Shown: positions 38,626 through 52,578, counted from the stretch's first letter. The stretch: 64,000 nt of DNA from Octopus sinensis (GCF_006345805.1 NC_043000.1:144088001-144152000), one strand, 5' to 3'. A program made the numbers and translations. Notes: a model not told the origin generated them from the letters alone.

Positions 38626-39502
38626 TTCGAAAAAAAGTTCGTTTCTATGTTTTTGTTTTTATGCTTTCGTTTCTCATTCTGCTCAACGTTTTTTTTATGT
38701 CCTGTACCCATATATTCATGTATATACATATATATGTAGGTATGTACATATATGTATGTATATATGCATATATTTATATATTATTTATATTATTATATTA
38801 TCGAACGCCACGCATCCTTTACCAAGTAAGTTTTATCTTAATAATTACGATGCGCACTCTTATGCCATTACTATCTCTTTTATGACTATCTCTCTCCCTC
38901 TCTTGTTCTTCAGCCTTTTGGTTTTCTCTCCCACCCTTCCCTATTCTTCTCCTCTCCTCTTCACCGTTCCCTCTCTCTCACTCCTCCTCCTTGACTCTCA
39001 CGTCGCCGACACGAGACGAAAGAGAATCTAACTTTCTCCCCACAACCTTCGTGAAGACTAAACGTGCTTATGATGTCTCCTTCATAATCTCGTCTTCCTA
39101 AGCTTTCATAATAATGTTTTCTATCGTCTTGGCCTAACGACCCTCACCGCTTGTTTCTACTGTTTTGTTTTCATTGTTCTGGTTTTTACTGTTTTGTTCT
39201 CTGTCCTGTTCTTGTTACCGCTTTCATTTAATTTGCTTTGTGGGAAGGATAGTTTCAACGAGGTCGCGTCTTTTCCTTGCCTTCGAAAGTGGAGTAGTTG
39301 AATCAGAGACATCTGAAGAAGGGGAATATTTTTTTATGTTGTATGTCTAGTTTCTCTGTTTGTTTGTTTTTTTCGTTTTTCGAAAAAAGCTCGTTCCTAT
39401 GCTTTTGTTTTTATGTTTTCGTTTCTCTTGTGTTCAACGTTTTTTGCTGTCCTGTACGCCTATGTGCATGTATATATACATATATATGTAGGTATATACA
39501 TA
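38626..39502 (+). repeat. Diverged ~125-bp direct repeat pair (38626-38750, 39379-39502)
   Basis: ttcgaaaaaa(a)g(t/c)tcgtt...tcaacgtttttt...gtcctgtac...tatatgtaggtat is visible twice, 753 bp apart. Confidence 0.7.
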
Positions 39503-40519
39503 TGTCTATATTTATATATCATACATACATATATATATATATAGAGAGAGAGAGAGAGGGGGGGGGACTGGAACATTGCTCTGTGTGACGTATTTTTCTG
39601 CAGATATACCTGTCAAAACATTCGCGTCGTTATTTAGACTTGTATTACGTTGAGCTAAATATATGCTTTTGCGAATGTACACTTTCAATCAGTAAAGCTT
39701 TTTTTGTGTTTGAATGACTCATGGAATTACCTAATATCGGTTTTGCTTGAAAAACAATTACCTCCATCTTAACATCTTTATCTTGAGATATTCTCGTCTT
39801 GCAGACCCCGCTGCGATACACAGTTCGTGTTCGTTTAACATCACAGGTTAATAACGGTTCATGACATTTCATATTCAATATAATATTTTCCCTGAGTGTG
39901 CGAGTGGTCGTTTGTTTTATTTATTTATGTATTTATTGTTCTGGAAAAAGAAGCTTAAAAAAGTCTGTAACCAGGTAATATATTTTACTATAGTTGATGA
40001 TAAATGAAGTTACTGATATTTCCGATTGTCCAGATCTTTTATATTGCTGAAAGTATGTAAAGCTAATTATGTTAGATGACGCTCACTTATGGATTCAATC
40101 CTCTTGCTCCAGCTTGGCTGCAGTCAAACGAATGAAACAAGTAAAAGAATAGAAGAATAAAATAATAGCTTACTATATACAAAAATTGCTACTTATCAAT
40201 AGTTATCCACCAACTAGCATATACACAGAGATATGTTAAAGATTGATAGAAGAAGTCTCGTGAGTGTGAAATTAGGGGAAAAGAATGTGAAAATCTTAAC
40301 CTTTGCAGTTTTTGATGAAACACATCGAAACACATGTTTCCTCTTTCTCCATTGAAGCTGAACTAAAAAATTGTAGGTAGACCAATGTCTCATTCGATTA
40401 AACTTTAAACTTTAAAACCTGCAGAATGACATAGACAAAGAACAATTGGAACCCCATATTACATCACTCCTTGCGGAAAGTAAGAATCATTTCGACGATG
40501 GACACAATGCCAGCAATTT

Positions 40520-40695
40520 GGCGGGAGGGGGTAGTCGATTACATCGACCCTAGTACTCAACCAGTACTTATTTTATCGACGCCAAAATGATGAAAGGCAA
40601 AGTCGACCTCGGCGGGATTTGAGCTTAGAGCGTAAAGATGACGACATGCCGTTAAACATTTTGCCTGGAGCGCTAAGGAGTGTGCCAGCTCGCTG
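40520..40695 (-). mobile_element. tRNA-headed SINE 5' part
   Basis: Same family as 9775-9955 and 56240-56637. Confidence 0.78.
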
Positions 40696-41481
40696 TCTTT
40701 CTTGCAAAACTTAATAATAATAATAGCAAAGCAGTACAATTCAAAATGCCTATGTGTGACGCTAAGTCTAATAAGACAAGTTATATTCCCCAAATCTTCG
40801 CAGAATACTTCCTGCAAAAGCAATCAGAACATCGGATAACGTATTTATAGATATATTCTGCCTTAAAGCAAGGCAACATCATCACTGCCGTCTCTTATAT
40901 ATCATAAGAATGCTTGATTAATCTGACATGGAGCTACGCAAGAAAAAAATTAGTTTCGCTTCCTATAATGATCTTCCTTTAATTCTTCGTTTCAAAATCT
41001 TTGAACAATTCTTCCTACTTCTATGGACAATATTTTGTACCAATAACATTTATATCTATAAAAGCATTCTTTATGGCAACGGAAATTTAAAACATCCATA
41101 CTACTTGTTCAACACTAATTAAGTAAATATTGTCTCAGGCTACAGCATGGATAATAAATACACAAAGAAAATGTGATCAAATGCACGAATGTAGGAGTTT
41201 TTTTTATTGCAGAGCATATATGTCCTTAAACCGTAATATATATTTAACATCGTATTCGACTCAATATATCGAATATACGAAAGAGTAGGGCTAATGAAAA
41301 AGGCATTCACTTAAAAATGATAAGAATCTTCATTAAAAGTCATTATTGAGGCATATTGAAATTAAAACTTTTTGTATAAGTATGATGCTTTACAGAAAGA
41401 ATGAGATGCCCAAGGCTAATTGCTTAATCCAGTTATTGTTGTTGCACGCTGACACTTAACTATGCAATATTACACATATGT

Positions 41482-41849
41482 GAAAGCGCAATGGCCCAGT
41501 GGTTAGGACAGCAGACTCAAGGTCATAGAATCGTGGTTTCAATTCCCAGACCGGGCGTTGTGAGTGTTTATTGAACGAAAACACCTTAAGCCCTACGAGG
41601 CACCGGCAGGCGTTGATGGGGAGCCCTGCTGTACTCTTTCACCACAACTTTCTCTCGCTCTTTCTTCCTGTTTCTGTTGTACCTGTATTTCAAAGGGCCA
41701 GCCTTGTCACACTTTGTGTCGCTGAATCTCCCGGAGAAATACGTTAAGAGTACATGTGTCTGTGTTGTGCTCAGCCACTTGCACATTAATTTCACGAGCA
41801 GCCTAATCGGATTAACTGGAATCCTCGTCGCCGCAACCGAAGGAGTGCC
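41482..41849 (+). mobile_element. tRNA-derived SINE, second family
   Basis: A-box TGGCCCAGTGG and B-box-like GGTTTCAATTCC. Near-identical head at 54788. Confidence 0.82.
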
Positions 41850-42428
41850 GTAGTACATCCAATATGCTTGCATAATTATATGGAGCCACGAGTAGATAAT
41901 CCAAAATACCATTGAATGAAACTCACTTTGTACGGTTTTATCACGTACTGAAGTCATTTGATTCAAATAGGTTAGTACTATCGGATCGTATTTAATTTCA
42001 TCATGAAAGAGCCATAATGCTTCCGGCGCAATGTGATAAATTATAGTAACGAAGTTTAGTTTGTAGCACATTTTGTGGATAATTCAATAAAATATTACTA
42101 TAAATAGAATTATTTCAAAATTAAGATAAAAGAGCAGCTTTTCGAAGGGAAGAAACTTTACTTACACAAGTACCGCACAGCCTCTGAAATTTACGTAGAA
42201 TTGTTGACGGCATCACTAATGATTCTACTGATAATGATCAGTGTAATTTCACTTCGTCCTTAAATAGTAATTGTCAATAAAGTTTACGGTTTTCGAGTTT
42301 CTTTCTTTATGACACTAACAGAAACTCGGAGCAAAACCACTGCAGTATACACACGCATAAACGAGTAGGCATTCAAACACAGAAACACAACAGAGACACA
42401 GAACTGTAATAACGCACATATACAAATA

Positions 42429-45400
42429 TCATACTATAATGGGTGTAATGTCCGTCTCTCTCTGTCTGTACCTTCATGACGGTCAAACGGCTGGACCAAT
42501 GGTCATAATGTTTTTCGGGATTACGAAGGAGGTAATCAGGCAGGTTTTTAGCGAAAAAATATGTAGAAAAGTGTGGTCATTTAGTGGATATTGAACGTAA
42601 TGCTTTCAGTTTACGGGCGTACACAAATAAATAAAAATTAATGTGAGTTAACTCGTAATAATGAAACAAAGGGAAGTAAATCAACTTACTTCTGCACTGA
42701 ATTACGTCATGTACTTTATTAAGGAACGATTGTGATGGCTTTGGATCATTATTAATCGGTGTATGACTACTATGAACTTTGCCAATAACGATTGCATGCA
42801 TAATGCTGTGTAATGCTTTATTAAATTTTCCTTTGTTCCACGCCATTATGACCTGGAAACGAAAATCAGGAATTGGTAGGACTATCAGGAAAGCTGCCGT
42901 TATATAAAGTACTAGACAATCTAACAGTGAATACATAGAATCTCAACAGAATAAGAATACGGAAGCTCATAGAATTTGCCGTGATACAGAAGTAAGAGCG
43001 TCGGAACAGATCAGGGATACGCTAGCTCACCAAATAACACGGAGAAAGCATCAAGTGGGAGCTTCGGGACAAATAAGGAACACTCTAGCTCGCCGAAAAT
43101 CAAGTCAAGTGTAAGTAAAAGTGGCAGATAATGCATATTTTACGCTTGCCAACTGCAGGTAAGAACTAAATCGGACAGTCATTTTATGCGAAGTAGAAGA
43201 CGTTTACAGCAATATGTTGTAGATCAGTAGGCGAAAGTAGATCGGAGCAGGCTAAGGTTGGCAGAACTCCATCAAACGACAATTATAGCAGAAACATACT
43301 TAGGGTTTTTTGATACATAAATACCTGGAAGAAGAATTATTATTCCACCTACTATCACCGGAAATCCAGGATTTTACAGCCAGCCCGGCCCTCCAAAAAG
43401 CCTTGGTAATAGTTAGAGTAATGGGAAAGCCAGTTTACTTCATCACATTTACCACAAGTCCGAAATGGATAGATATACAGACCGCCATATTTCCACTGGG
43501 AAATGCACATTACCGATTTGATATTCCTTGGCAAAATCAAGCTCGACGCACTTCTCCATGATCTACTGAAAAATCACGTTCTGGAAAGAGTCGTCGCCAA
43601 TACACTAACTATGGAATGCAAAACTGTGGCTTTACACATGCATATATGTTGCTTATTCTGGCTAATCGTCATAAACCGACTGTTCCAGAAATCATACACA
43701 AAGTCGTTAGTGCCGAAATACCGAACAAACGCCGAAACCCCAGATCTATTCAATTCATTAATGGCCCATAATATTCATGGTCCATGCGGTGCTATCAACC
43801 CCCGAAGTCCGTGTATGGAAACCAGGAGAGGCGGAGCTCGATGTACTAAGGAGTTTCCGAAACCCTTCCGGTCAACTACCCATATTCCGAGTGATTGCTA
43901 CCCGACGTATTGCAGAATAGGTCTAGCATACGGTGGAAGAACCAATAGAATTTACGTTAAGGGTCAGACAGATGTTGTGGTGAGTCTTTTTTTCAACTTA
44001 CACTGATGAATGTTTTAGTGACATATACTAACTGTTTACTTATGTTTAATATTTTCTTTACAAGTCGACAATTCTTGGATAGTGGCATACAATCAATATC
44101 CCACAATAAAATACAGCACCCACATCAACGTCGAGGTCTTACAGTACCTCCACGCAGCGAAACACGTGTACAATTACATTAAAAAAGGTTAAGATCGAAT
44201 CGTCTTCTCAACATCGTAGACAGGACAGCAAATTCCCGTATTAAACGATATAGAAAACTTCGTAAACGCTCGATACATCTCTGCAAGTGAAGAATTCTGG
44301 AAGTTGTATAGATGTTTTCATACACCAAAAGCATCCTACAATCGAAAAGCTACCGTGTCCTTTACCTGATGAGCAGACTGCACGACTCGATTTCTGTCGC
44401 TGCGGCTGTGGAAGGCAGACCACCGATAACTAAACTGACAGCTTATTTTCAAACAAACAAACACAACGAAAATCCCGACATATTTTATATCAAGATTTTC
44501 TTAAATATTACACCAGGAACAATAAAACAAAGTCGTGACAAAAGCGAAAACGAGGTACAGCTAGTGATTATGGTGATGTCAAAACTGATACTATCGGACG
44601 AATCCCAACCATATCATATAGTGTTCATCAATCAAAACTGTTTCACCTGTTCATATTCCTTCACCATGTATTGAAGGTGCGATTAGCTGTGATTAACTGA
44701 AGCCCAGGGAGGGAAATATATGTTCAAATTTCAGAAGGCATGCATAAAAACTAGACTGATATCGGACGACCAAGAAATATACCCTGCAATGGAAGAAGCA
44801 GCCAGTATTCGCATCGGGGATTCGCTGCGCGACTTCTTAGCCATCATGATAAGTTACTGCCGGCCACCTGATCCAATGAACGTTTGGGAGGAGTCGAAAA
44901 CTGAACTAGGACGAGACCTCATGCAAAGAAACAACATTAAAAATCATGGTCCATGCGGTGCTATCAACCACCGAAATCCGTGTATGGAAACCAGGAAAGG
45001 CGGAGCTCGATGCACTAAGGAGTTTCCGAACTCGCATTGGAAATGAAATATTGATTTGTCTGCAGGAACGAATGCAAAGAGATGAACTTGAACTCGTTCG
45101 AGATTTCCAGCAGCCTGAACATGAATATAACGAAACCAGAAACTAATGCCAAAGATTATCGCAGAATAAAGTAACTATAACACAGAGTGTCTTCGAATAG
45201 TGTCTACCGACGCCCACAATACTCAGTATTAAATAATCAACAAAAGCACAACTTTGATATGGTTGTAAAATCAGTTTTATAACAAGTAAACAAGGTCTTC
45301 GCCTTGAGTGCGAGTGGTGGAACTGGTAAAACAGATTTTATCAATGCCAGTATAAATTTTCTACGTTTCGAGAAAAAGTCGTACTCGCCACAGCTTTATC

Positions 45401-45712
45401 TGGGATTGCGGCAGCATTGCAGTACAATGACCGGACATTTCATTCGCGGTTCAAAGTGCCTATTAACATAATACCTGAATCCGACTGTTATGTATCATCT
45501 CAGGATGCACCTGCGCATTTCTTCAGAATAACCAGTTTGATAATTGTTGATGATGTCAGCCAAGGTGACAAGCTCATATACTTGCTTGAATCGTTCCTTT
45601 CGTGATGTCAGAGTGAACGAATCCCTGTTTGGAGGAGTATGTGTTCTTTTTTAAGGCGACTGGAAGCAGATTCTACCTGTTGTTAAACGTGGTAGTCGAG
45701 CCCAAATAGTGG
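42429..45712 (+). mobile_element. Helitron RepHel element, decayed, 3' part missing
   Basis: Probable A|TC 5' end at 42429. Rep motifs: YFITFTTSPKW, HUH-like THAYMLL, VSAEIP, HGPCG...PCM...CTKEFPK, DNSWIVAYN...HINVEV...YNYIKKG, ARYISASE. PIF1 motifs: ASGGTGKT, SGIAA...RTFHSRFKVP, IIVDD, FGG...GDWKQILPVVKRGSRAQIV. Confidence 0.92.
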
Positions 45713-46610
45713 TGGAGGACAATCCGCTCTAATGTGGCCTCTCAGGCGACATCTCTAACACGGAATCCTCCATTTCACTCTAACCTTTAAAGTCGACTCT
45801 ACCGCTGTGATACTTTCCACCAATTTTCAAAGTCCTACTCGGCAATATGTACCACCATTTCAAAAGTTTATCATTTCCAGTGCCTATGGGGAGTTCTGGT
45901 GGCCTGCAGGACCACGACTTTTTCCTCTATTCCAAGCAGTATAGCAACCACCAGCCAAGCTACATCGACTTCTGGGGTTGCATCCTCCACCCTAACCCTG
46001 GAAGCACGTCTCCCAAGGTAAACAGGTAGAACAACCTCATTCGTTTTCGAGTGCAGCCAAGTGGCAGCTACCTTTCCAAACCGCACCTCTTCCGTTCCAA
46101 TTTTCTTTCCCCTGGCAAGGTACGAAATCCCTTGCCAGTTTGGTCTCAACGCCTTTTCTATTTGTACAGTGGACATATTTTCTGCTTTTCTGGCTTCTAC
46201 TGAGTAACTTCATTAACTTACGATTCTTTCCGCAACTTCTTTCAAAACGTCTTTGGGGGGAACACATTAAGCTCGTTCCCCTCCATTTCAAGCATTCCCT
46301 TAAACTTACGTCATCCAACCTTATTTCTTCGCACTTTTTTTCCGTCGCCGCAGCATAGCTTCTTTCTTCCAAAGCTCTGTCTATATTCTCCAAGAACTCC
46401 TCAATCTCCTCCTCTGACGACATATATTCCGAGGAAGAGCAGTCTTCAATGCTCGAAACAGAACAAGTCAAGCCTTCACAACTTCTTGTTCGACGTCCCT
46501 CCATCACAAGTGGGAAAACGTCGCACAGCCAAAAAAGAAGTCGGTTTCGTACAAAACCAACAAACCAAATGAATCCTAAGAAAAGAAGCAAGCTTCTTAC
46601 CACACAGCTA
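45713..46610 (-). mobile_element. Tx1-like LINE 5' end: short 5' UTR plus ORF1 (gag-like) ending at a CCHC knuckle; ORF2 absent
   Basis: ATG at 46504: MEGRRT...EERSYAAATEKK. Frameshifted continuation 45871-46176. C*RCRLRGHIRADCP at 45760-45714. The 5' end abuts the (TATC)n array. Confidence 0.8.
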
Positions 46611-46667
46611 AATAGATAGACATACAGACAGATAGATAGATAGATAGAGAGATAGATAGATAGATAT

Positions 46668-46724
<57 letters not shown>

Positions 46725-46745
46725 CAGATAGATAGATAGATAAAG
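46611..46745. repeat. (GATA)n microsatellite
   Basis: Directly visible. Confidence 0.98.
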
Positions 46746-49148
46746 AGATAATTTTCCCGCCGCCACCATCACAGCTTAATTGTATAGCTTCATTACAGCT
46801 TAAAATATAGTATTAGAATTTCCGAGTTTTTACCACAAATGAAAGCTACAAACAATTTAAGCTTTACGTACACATCTTCAATATATTCCATAACACTTCC
46901 ATTTCTTAGCTTATAAGTACTTGTATAATTTCTAATATATAAAGATGATACAAATTCATGACGTTGTGTGTTGTATTTTTAGTTCCTCTTTGGTTTTCAT
47001 GTTTGGAAGCATTCATTATATTTGAAGTCTACAAAGATGAGATTAATGACAATATTTTGTATAAGATGTCATTAAAATGAGACTTGGCAATGCATGAGAG
47101 GTACTTAAAGGACAATCTCATTAAGAGAACATACTTACTGAATAGTATGTTGCATCCACTAAATGAGAAGTTGATTTACTAAAATAAACATTCGACGACG
47201 GAACGAAGATAAACAGAAATTAAAACATGAATATAGAGAAATAAATGTGGAGAATGAATTACAATGTTATCATTCTAGTAATAAGACAAATATTGATAGC
47301 AATAGTACTAACAATATCACAAATATTACCAATAACATGAATAATAATATGGCTAATATTACTAAGACTATTACTATATTACTAGCCATAATGGCGCTAA
47401 TAAAGACAATGAACACAGAGAAACATATGTTTGAAAGGAAAAAGAAAAAGTAAACGAACGCAAGACGTAGAGGCAAAAGAAGAATACACCAGTTCAAAGA
47501 GAAACTTATTGAGACTATATAATTGCCTCGAACAAGTGGCATGTTGAGATTTAGAACGGAGTAATCAAAATAGCTGGAAATATTCTGTAGGAGATTGTCT
47601 CGTTAGGTTAAAGATGCACACACGAATATACAATTAGAATCGTCTGTCTCTCTCTCTCTCGCTCTTATCCTCTCTCACTTTCTTTCTCTCTCTCCTCTCT
47701 CTCTTTCTTTCTTTCTCTCTCTCTTTCTCCCGCTGTCTCTATCCCTCTCTCTTTAGACCATACGCACAACCAAATACAAGCAAGTGTATATCGTTTCTGA
47801 CAGGATTATGAGAAATATGTTACTAAACTATTATTACCAGTTTTGCATGGTCCTTGTACATAGAAAAATGCTTTTCTTTCCACAAAATCTCTTTTACAGA
47901 TCAGGGGCTAAGCCACTATGCCTACGGGGGACAATAAGACGCAGAAGCTCTCTAGAATCAGACTTACAAAATTTAAAATCTGAAAAATCACTCACACACT
48001 TTGTACAGGTTCAAAGTCTCTCTCAAAGTAATGATATTATATGTTTATGAAAACGATTAAGGGAAATCTTGAATATAAATATAGTAACTGAAAGCAGAAT
48101 TGTGTCTCGTACCCCAGCTTTAGATACTAGGGAGCTTGTTTGGAAAGTAAAACTATTATAACAAATATAAAAAAAAGACATGAGTATCACATTTTAAATA
48201 GAAACCTACTTATTGCATGTACAGAAAAACTGAAATAACGAATAATTGAAATGAAACTGTTTAGAAGTCTTCCAATACAAAAATAAAATACTGAGCGCTT
48301 TTTTTCAAAACCAATTGCATAAGTACGAATACAAAATTATTTTTTAAAAGTAAATAAAGAAAAGGGACACCAACCTATTCACTAGAGTAAAGGTTCTCAA
48401 CGTAGGTCATATAGCCTCCCAGGGGAATCCATTTGAGGTGGGCGTTTTGGAAGAAAGGGGCACTAGGGCGGCGTTAAGAGATTTGAGATGCACTAGTGGG
48501 ACGCTGGGGGACGCTCTGCTTTGGTATGTTTAATTTGAAATTAGCGAGTAGTACCCATATTTTCATCTTCTCTGTAACAGTCAGTTTAGAAAAAACATGC
48601 CTTTTTGTTTCAAATTTTCATAAATTTAACAAACACTTTTTCCTCATTGACGACACCAAGCAAATTCCTGGTACCATGAGGAATTGGTGCCGCAAAAGTA
48701 AAACCCCCAAAGCAAAAATAAAGAAAAAAACAAACAAAAAACTGAGGAATAGTGACAGACGACTAAAAGAGAAACAAGTAATGAAAAAAAGCGTAAAGAT
48801 GAATGTGTGTGTATGTGAGCAAATATATAAAGAATAGTGGTCAGAATTATGGATCAAAGTAGCTTTTAAAAGTGGCTGATAGTTATATATTTGTGTATGT
48901 GTGCGTGTATTTTTGGGTATGTTTGTATGTATATGATTGCGTGTGTTGCCGTTTAGAATTATTTTCTGTGATTGAACTTAAATTCACTTCTGGCTATTAA
49001 AGACCTAACGACACACACGCATTTGTTTTAGGTTTTGTACCGATTTGAACCGCGACTGTACATACACCTGATAACTTGGTAAGTGTTATGTTCTGAAATT
49101 TAAATTTTGAATTTGTTTTAATTATAAAATTACACCACCGCTAAAAAC

Positions 49149-51610
49149 GTGACCGGTAAATTCCATCGCGGTAAAAATCCACCACGGAAAATTCCACCAG
49201 GTTAGATTTCACCATTTGTAAATTCCACCATGGTATATTCCACCATAGTAAAATATTATAATTATTATTATTATTATTATTACTTTTTTTTTTCTTCTTT
49301 CAAATTTTCTTCTATTTCTTGCCGAGTGCCTTCCCGACTCCTAGGGCAAAGAAACTCATAGTGTATATTGGTAGGCCATTAAACCAAACTCAGTATTTCG
49401 TCACTTTTTATTTTATTTTTTATTTTATTTTTTTTAAAGTTAAATTAAAATGCATGAGCAGCAACAGTCCTCACATCGACAATGCTCTTCTCAATACGTG
49501 TGATGTACCAGTTAAGACAATCTTTTGCACTTCTTGCAGGGATGGTAAGCCAGGGATCATTCTCATATAATTTTCGGTTCCCTTCTTGATCATTCCTAGT
49601 GCTCCTACGATCACTGGTATTGTAACCGCCTTGAGATGCCACATTTTCTCAATTTCAATGAGTAGGTCTTTATATTTTCTGAGCTTGTCAAACTCTTTCG
49701 CTGAGATATGATCATAGGGGATGCTCATGTCGATCAATAAGCAAACTTTATTGTTTTGGTCTTTCACAACAATATCTGGCTTATTGGCCTTGATGGTTCG
49801 GTCTGTATGTACTGGAAAGTCCCACAGAATGGTTACATTTTCTCCTTCAGTTACAGCCTCAGGGTGGTGATTATACCACTTGTCGGCAGTTTTGATATTG
49901 TAATGCCGACTTATTAGCCAGTGGAGATATTGGCCAACTCTGTCATGTCTTAATTTATACTCCACTGGTGCTAAGACTTTACATCCAGAGATTAGGTGGT
50001 CCACTGTTTCAATCATGTCGTTGCAGAATCGGCATTTTGGGTCTGCTCCATTTTTCATCACATTGGCCTGGTAGTTCCGGGTTGATAGGCTTTGGTCTTG
50101 AGCAGCCAGGATGAAACCTTCGCTCTCTGCTTTTAACCCTGAGCTCCGGAGCCACTGATGGGTTTGCTTCTGGTCAACATCAGCTTGTTTGCTGCGGGTC
50201 ACATATTTGCCGTGCAGAGGTTTCTCCTCCCACCTATCAGCCAATTGCTCGTGTGCTTTTTTCATTGCCATCATTTTCACCTTCTTTGCAACAATAGTTG
50301 CCGTACTTCCCTCGGTTGTTCAGTTTGGGTATCCTGCACGAGATCAATAGCAAATTTTTTGCTTTCCTTTATGATAGAATGAAGCTTCTTTCGTCTCTCG
50401 TGATTTTCCACGAGCTTTAGCATCCAGTCATTCGATATTTCGAGATATTTGGCCAGTCCAATTGTGGTTGTTTTGTAAGCTAGTTCAAATTGGATCAGGC
50501 CTCGACCTCCTTGGGCTCTGGGAAGGTAAAGGCGATCTACGTCTGCCTTTGGGTGGTGCATCCTATTACAACTGAGCAGCTTGCGTATTTTTCTATCTAT
50601 ATTCTTTACTTCACTCATATTCCAGTTCAACACATTGTAGCTATAAGTAACAACTGGAACTGCAAGGGAATTTATAGCTAACACCTTGTTACGTGCATTT
50701 AGTTCAGATTTCAGGACTGCACGAACTCTCCTATAACATTCCTTCCTGATTTTCTCTTTCATGCTTGCATGCTGAATACCAGAGCCTTCATTTATCCCTA
50801 AATATTTGTATGTTTGTTCTTGCTCAAGCTCTCTTATGACTGTGTCAACATCTAACACGACTGAATTTGTGGTCTTCACTTTCCCTTTCTGGAAAGTGGC
50901 CTTGGCACACTTCTCAAGTCCAAACTCCATCCCGATGTCATCGCTGAATGATTTTACGGTGCGCAATAGGCCTTCAAGTTCATTATTGTCTTTACCATAA
51001 AGTTTTAAGTCATCCATATAAAATAGATGGCTTATTTTTTTATTGGCAATTTTATACCCATACCCTGTTCTGTTTAATTCACTTGTAAGGGGTATTAGGG
51101 CTATGCAGAATATTAAAGGTGAAAGTGAGTCACCTTGAAAAATTCCACAGTTGATGTTTATATTTTCTGAGGCAAGTACTCCATTAGAGTGGTATAATTG
51201 GAGATTCGTATTCCACAACGACATATTGTGCTTCAGGAAGTTTGAAATCACAGGGGAAATTTTGAAGATGTCCAGCGATCTCAAGATCCATGGATGCGGT
51301 ATACTGTCGAATGCCTTTTTATAGTCAATCCATGCGGTGCTGAGATTTCTGCGCTTGTTGTGACAGTTCTGAAGGATCATACGATTGATTAGCAGTTGAT
51401 CTTTGCATCCGTAAGAGCCTCGGCGGCACCCTTTTTGTTCAATGGGGAATATATCGTTCTTCTCCATGAATGCATATGTTTTCTCCGCCAGGATAGATGT
51501 TAGGATTTTATACGTGGTGGATAGACAGGTTATAGGCCGATAGTTTTTTGGAAGGTTGGTTTCGTTATTCTTTGGGAGTAGGTATTATTATTATTATTAT
51601 TATATTATTA

Positions 51611-51642
<32 letters not shown>

Positions 51643-51662
51643 TATTATTATTATTATTATTA

Positions 51663-51742
<80 letters not shown>

Positions 51743-52578
51743 CATTATCATCATTCTTATTATTGTTGTTGCTGTTGTTGTTGTTATTATTATTATATGG
51801 ATTACGATATAATGGATGTAAAAAAGAATGCATAAAAAATATCAATAATGTCAAGGAATATGAATAGTACGTTGGAAACGTTGTTAATGTATTTGAAGAT
51901 TTATCTAACAATGAAGACACCCCTTCTGCGTTTATCACCTATTCCTAGGCCTGAGATATATATATTGGGATTGTTTATGAGGGCGCGATCCTCATCGGCG
52001 AAGAGAAACTCCACTTTTCCTATACAACTCTAGAATGTACGTGATCGTGTCGTAAAGGACTTGTTAAGATCAAATAATTATTTAGAAGGGTTCCACAATG
52101 TTTTGCGCTCAGTACTAACATCTGCACATCCAAATTTGTGGAAACAATGCACTGCCCTCAAAGCTGAGGAAAGATTAAACTAGACAAAAATTGCTCACAT
52201 TCCACGTGGAGACTCAACAACAACAACAAAAAAAAGATCTATCAAACTGTTGATGCATGGCTGAAGAAGCTAGTTCAGGAATATCAAAATGAAAGCCCTC
52301 TGAACTTTTAAGAAGTATTGCACACAATTTGTCTTCAGAAATATTTATATAATTTTAAAAGAATAAATTAGAATTTATTATCCTATCTCTGCTTCACAAT
52401 GTATTTGCTGTTATTTTTTATCCTATTGTTGTAATAGGATGTGTGCTAAAGTCTAATCTTTTCTTTATCGCAAATTATATCATTTTTGAAAATTTGGGAA
52501 AGTCTTTTTTATAGATTCTTACGCGATGGAGTACATTAAAGTGATCCAATCTCAGTTCAAATAGATTATAAAGATTAT

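Noticed and set aside
41482-41560. tRNA gene-like A/B boxes here and at 54788 and 58022
   Set aside because: They continue into shared SINE bodies and lack a full cloverleaf, so they are SINE heads, not tRNA genes.
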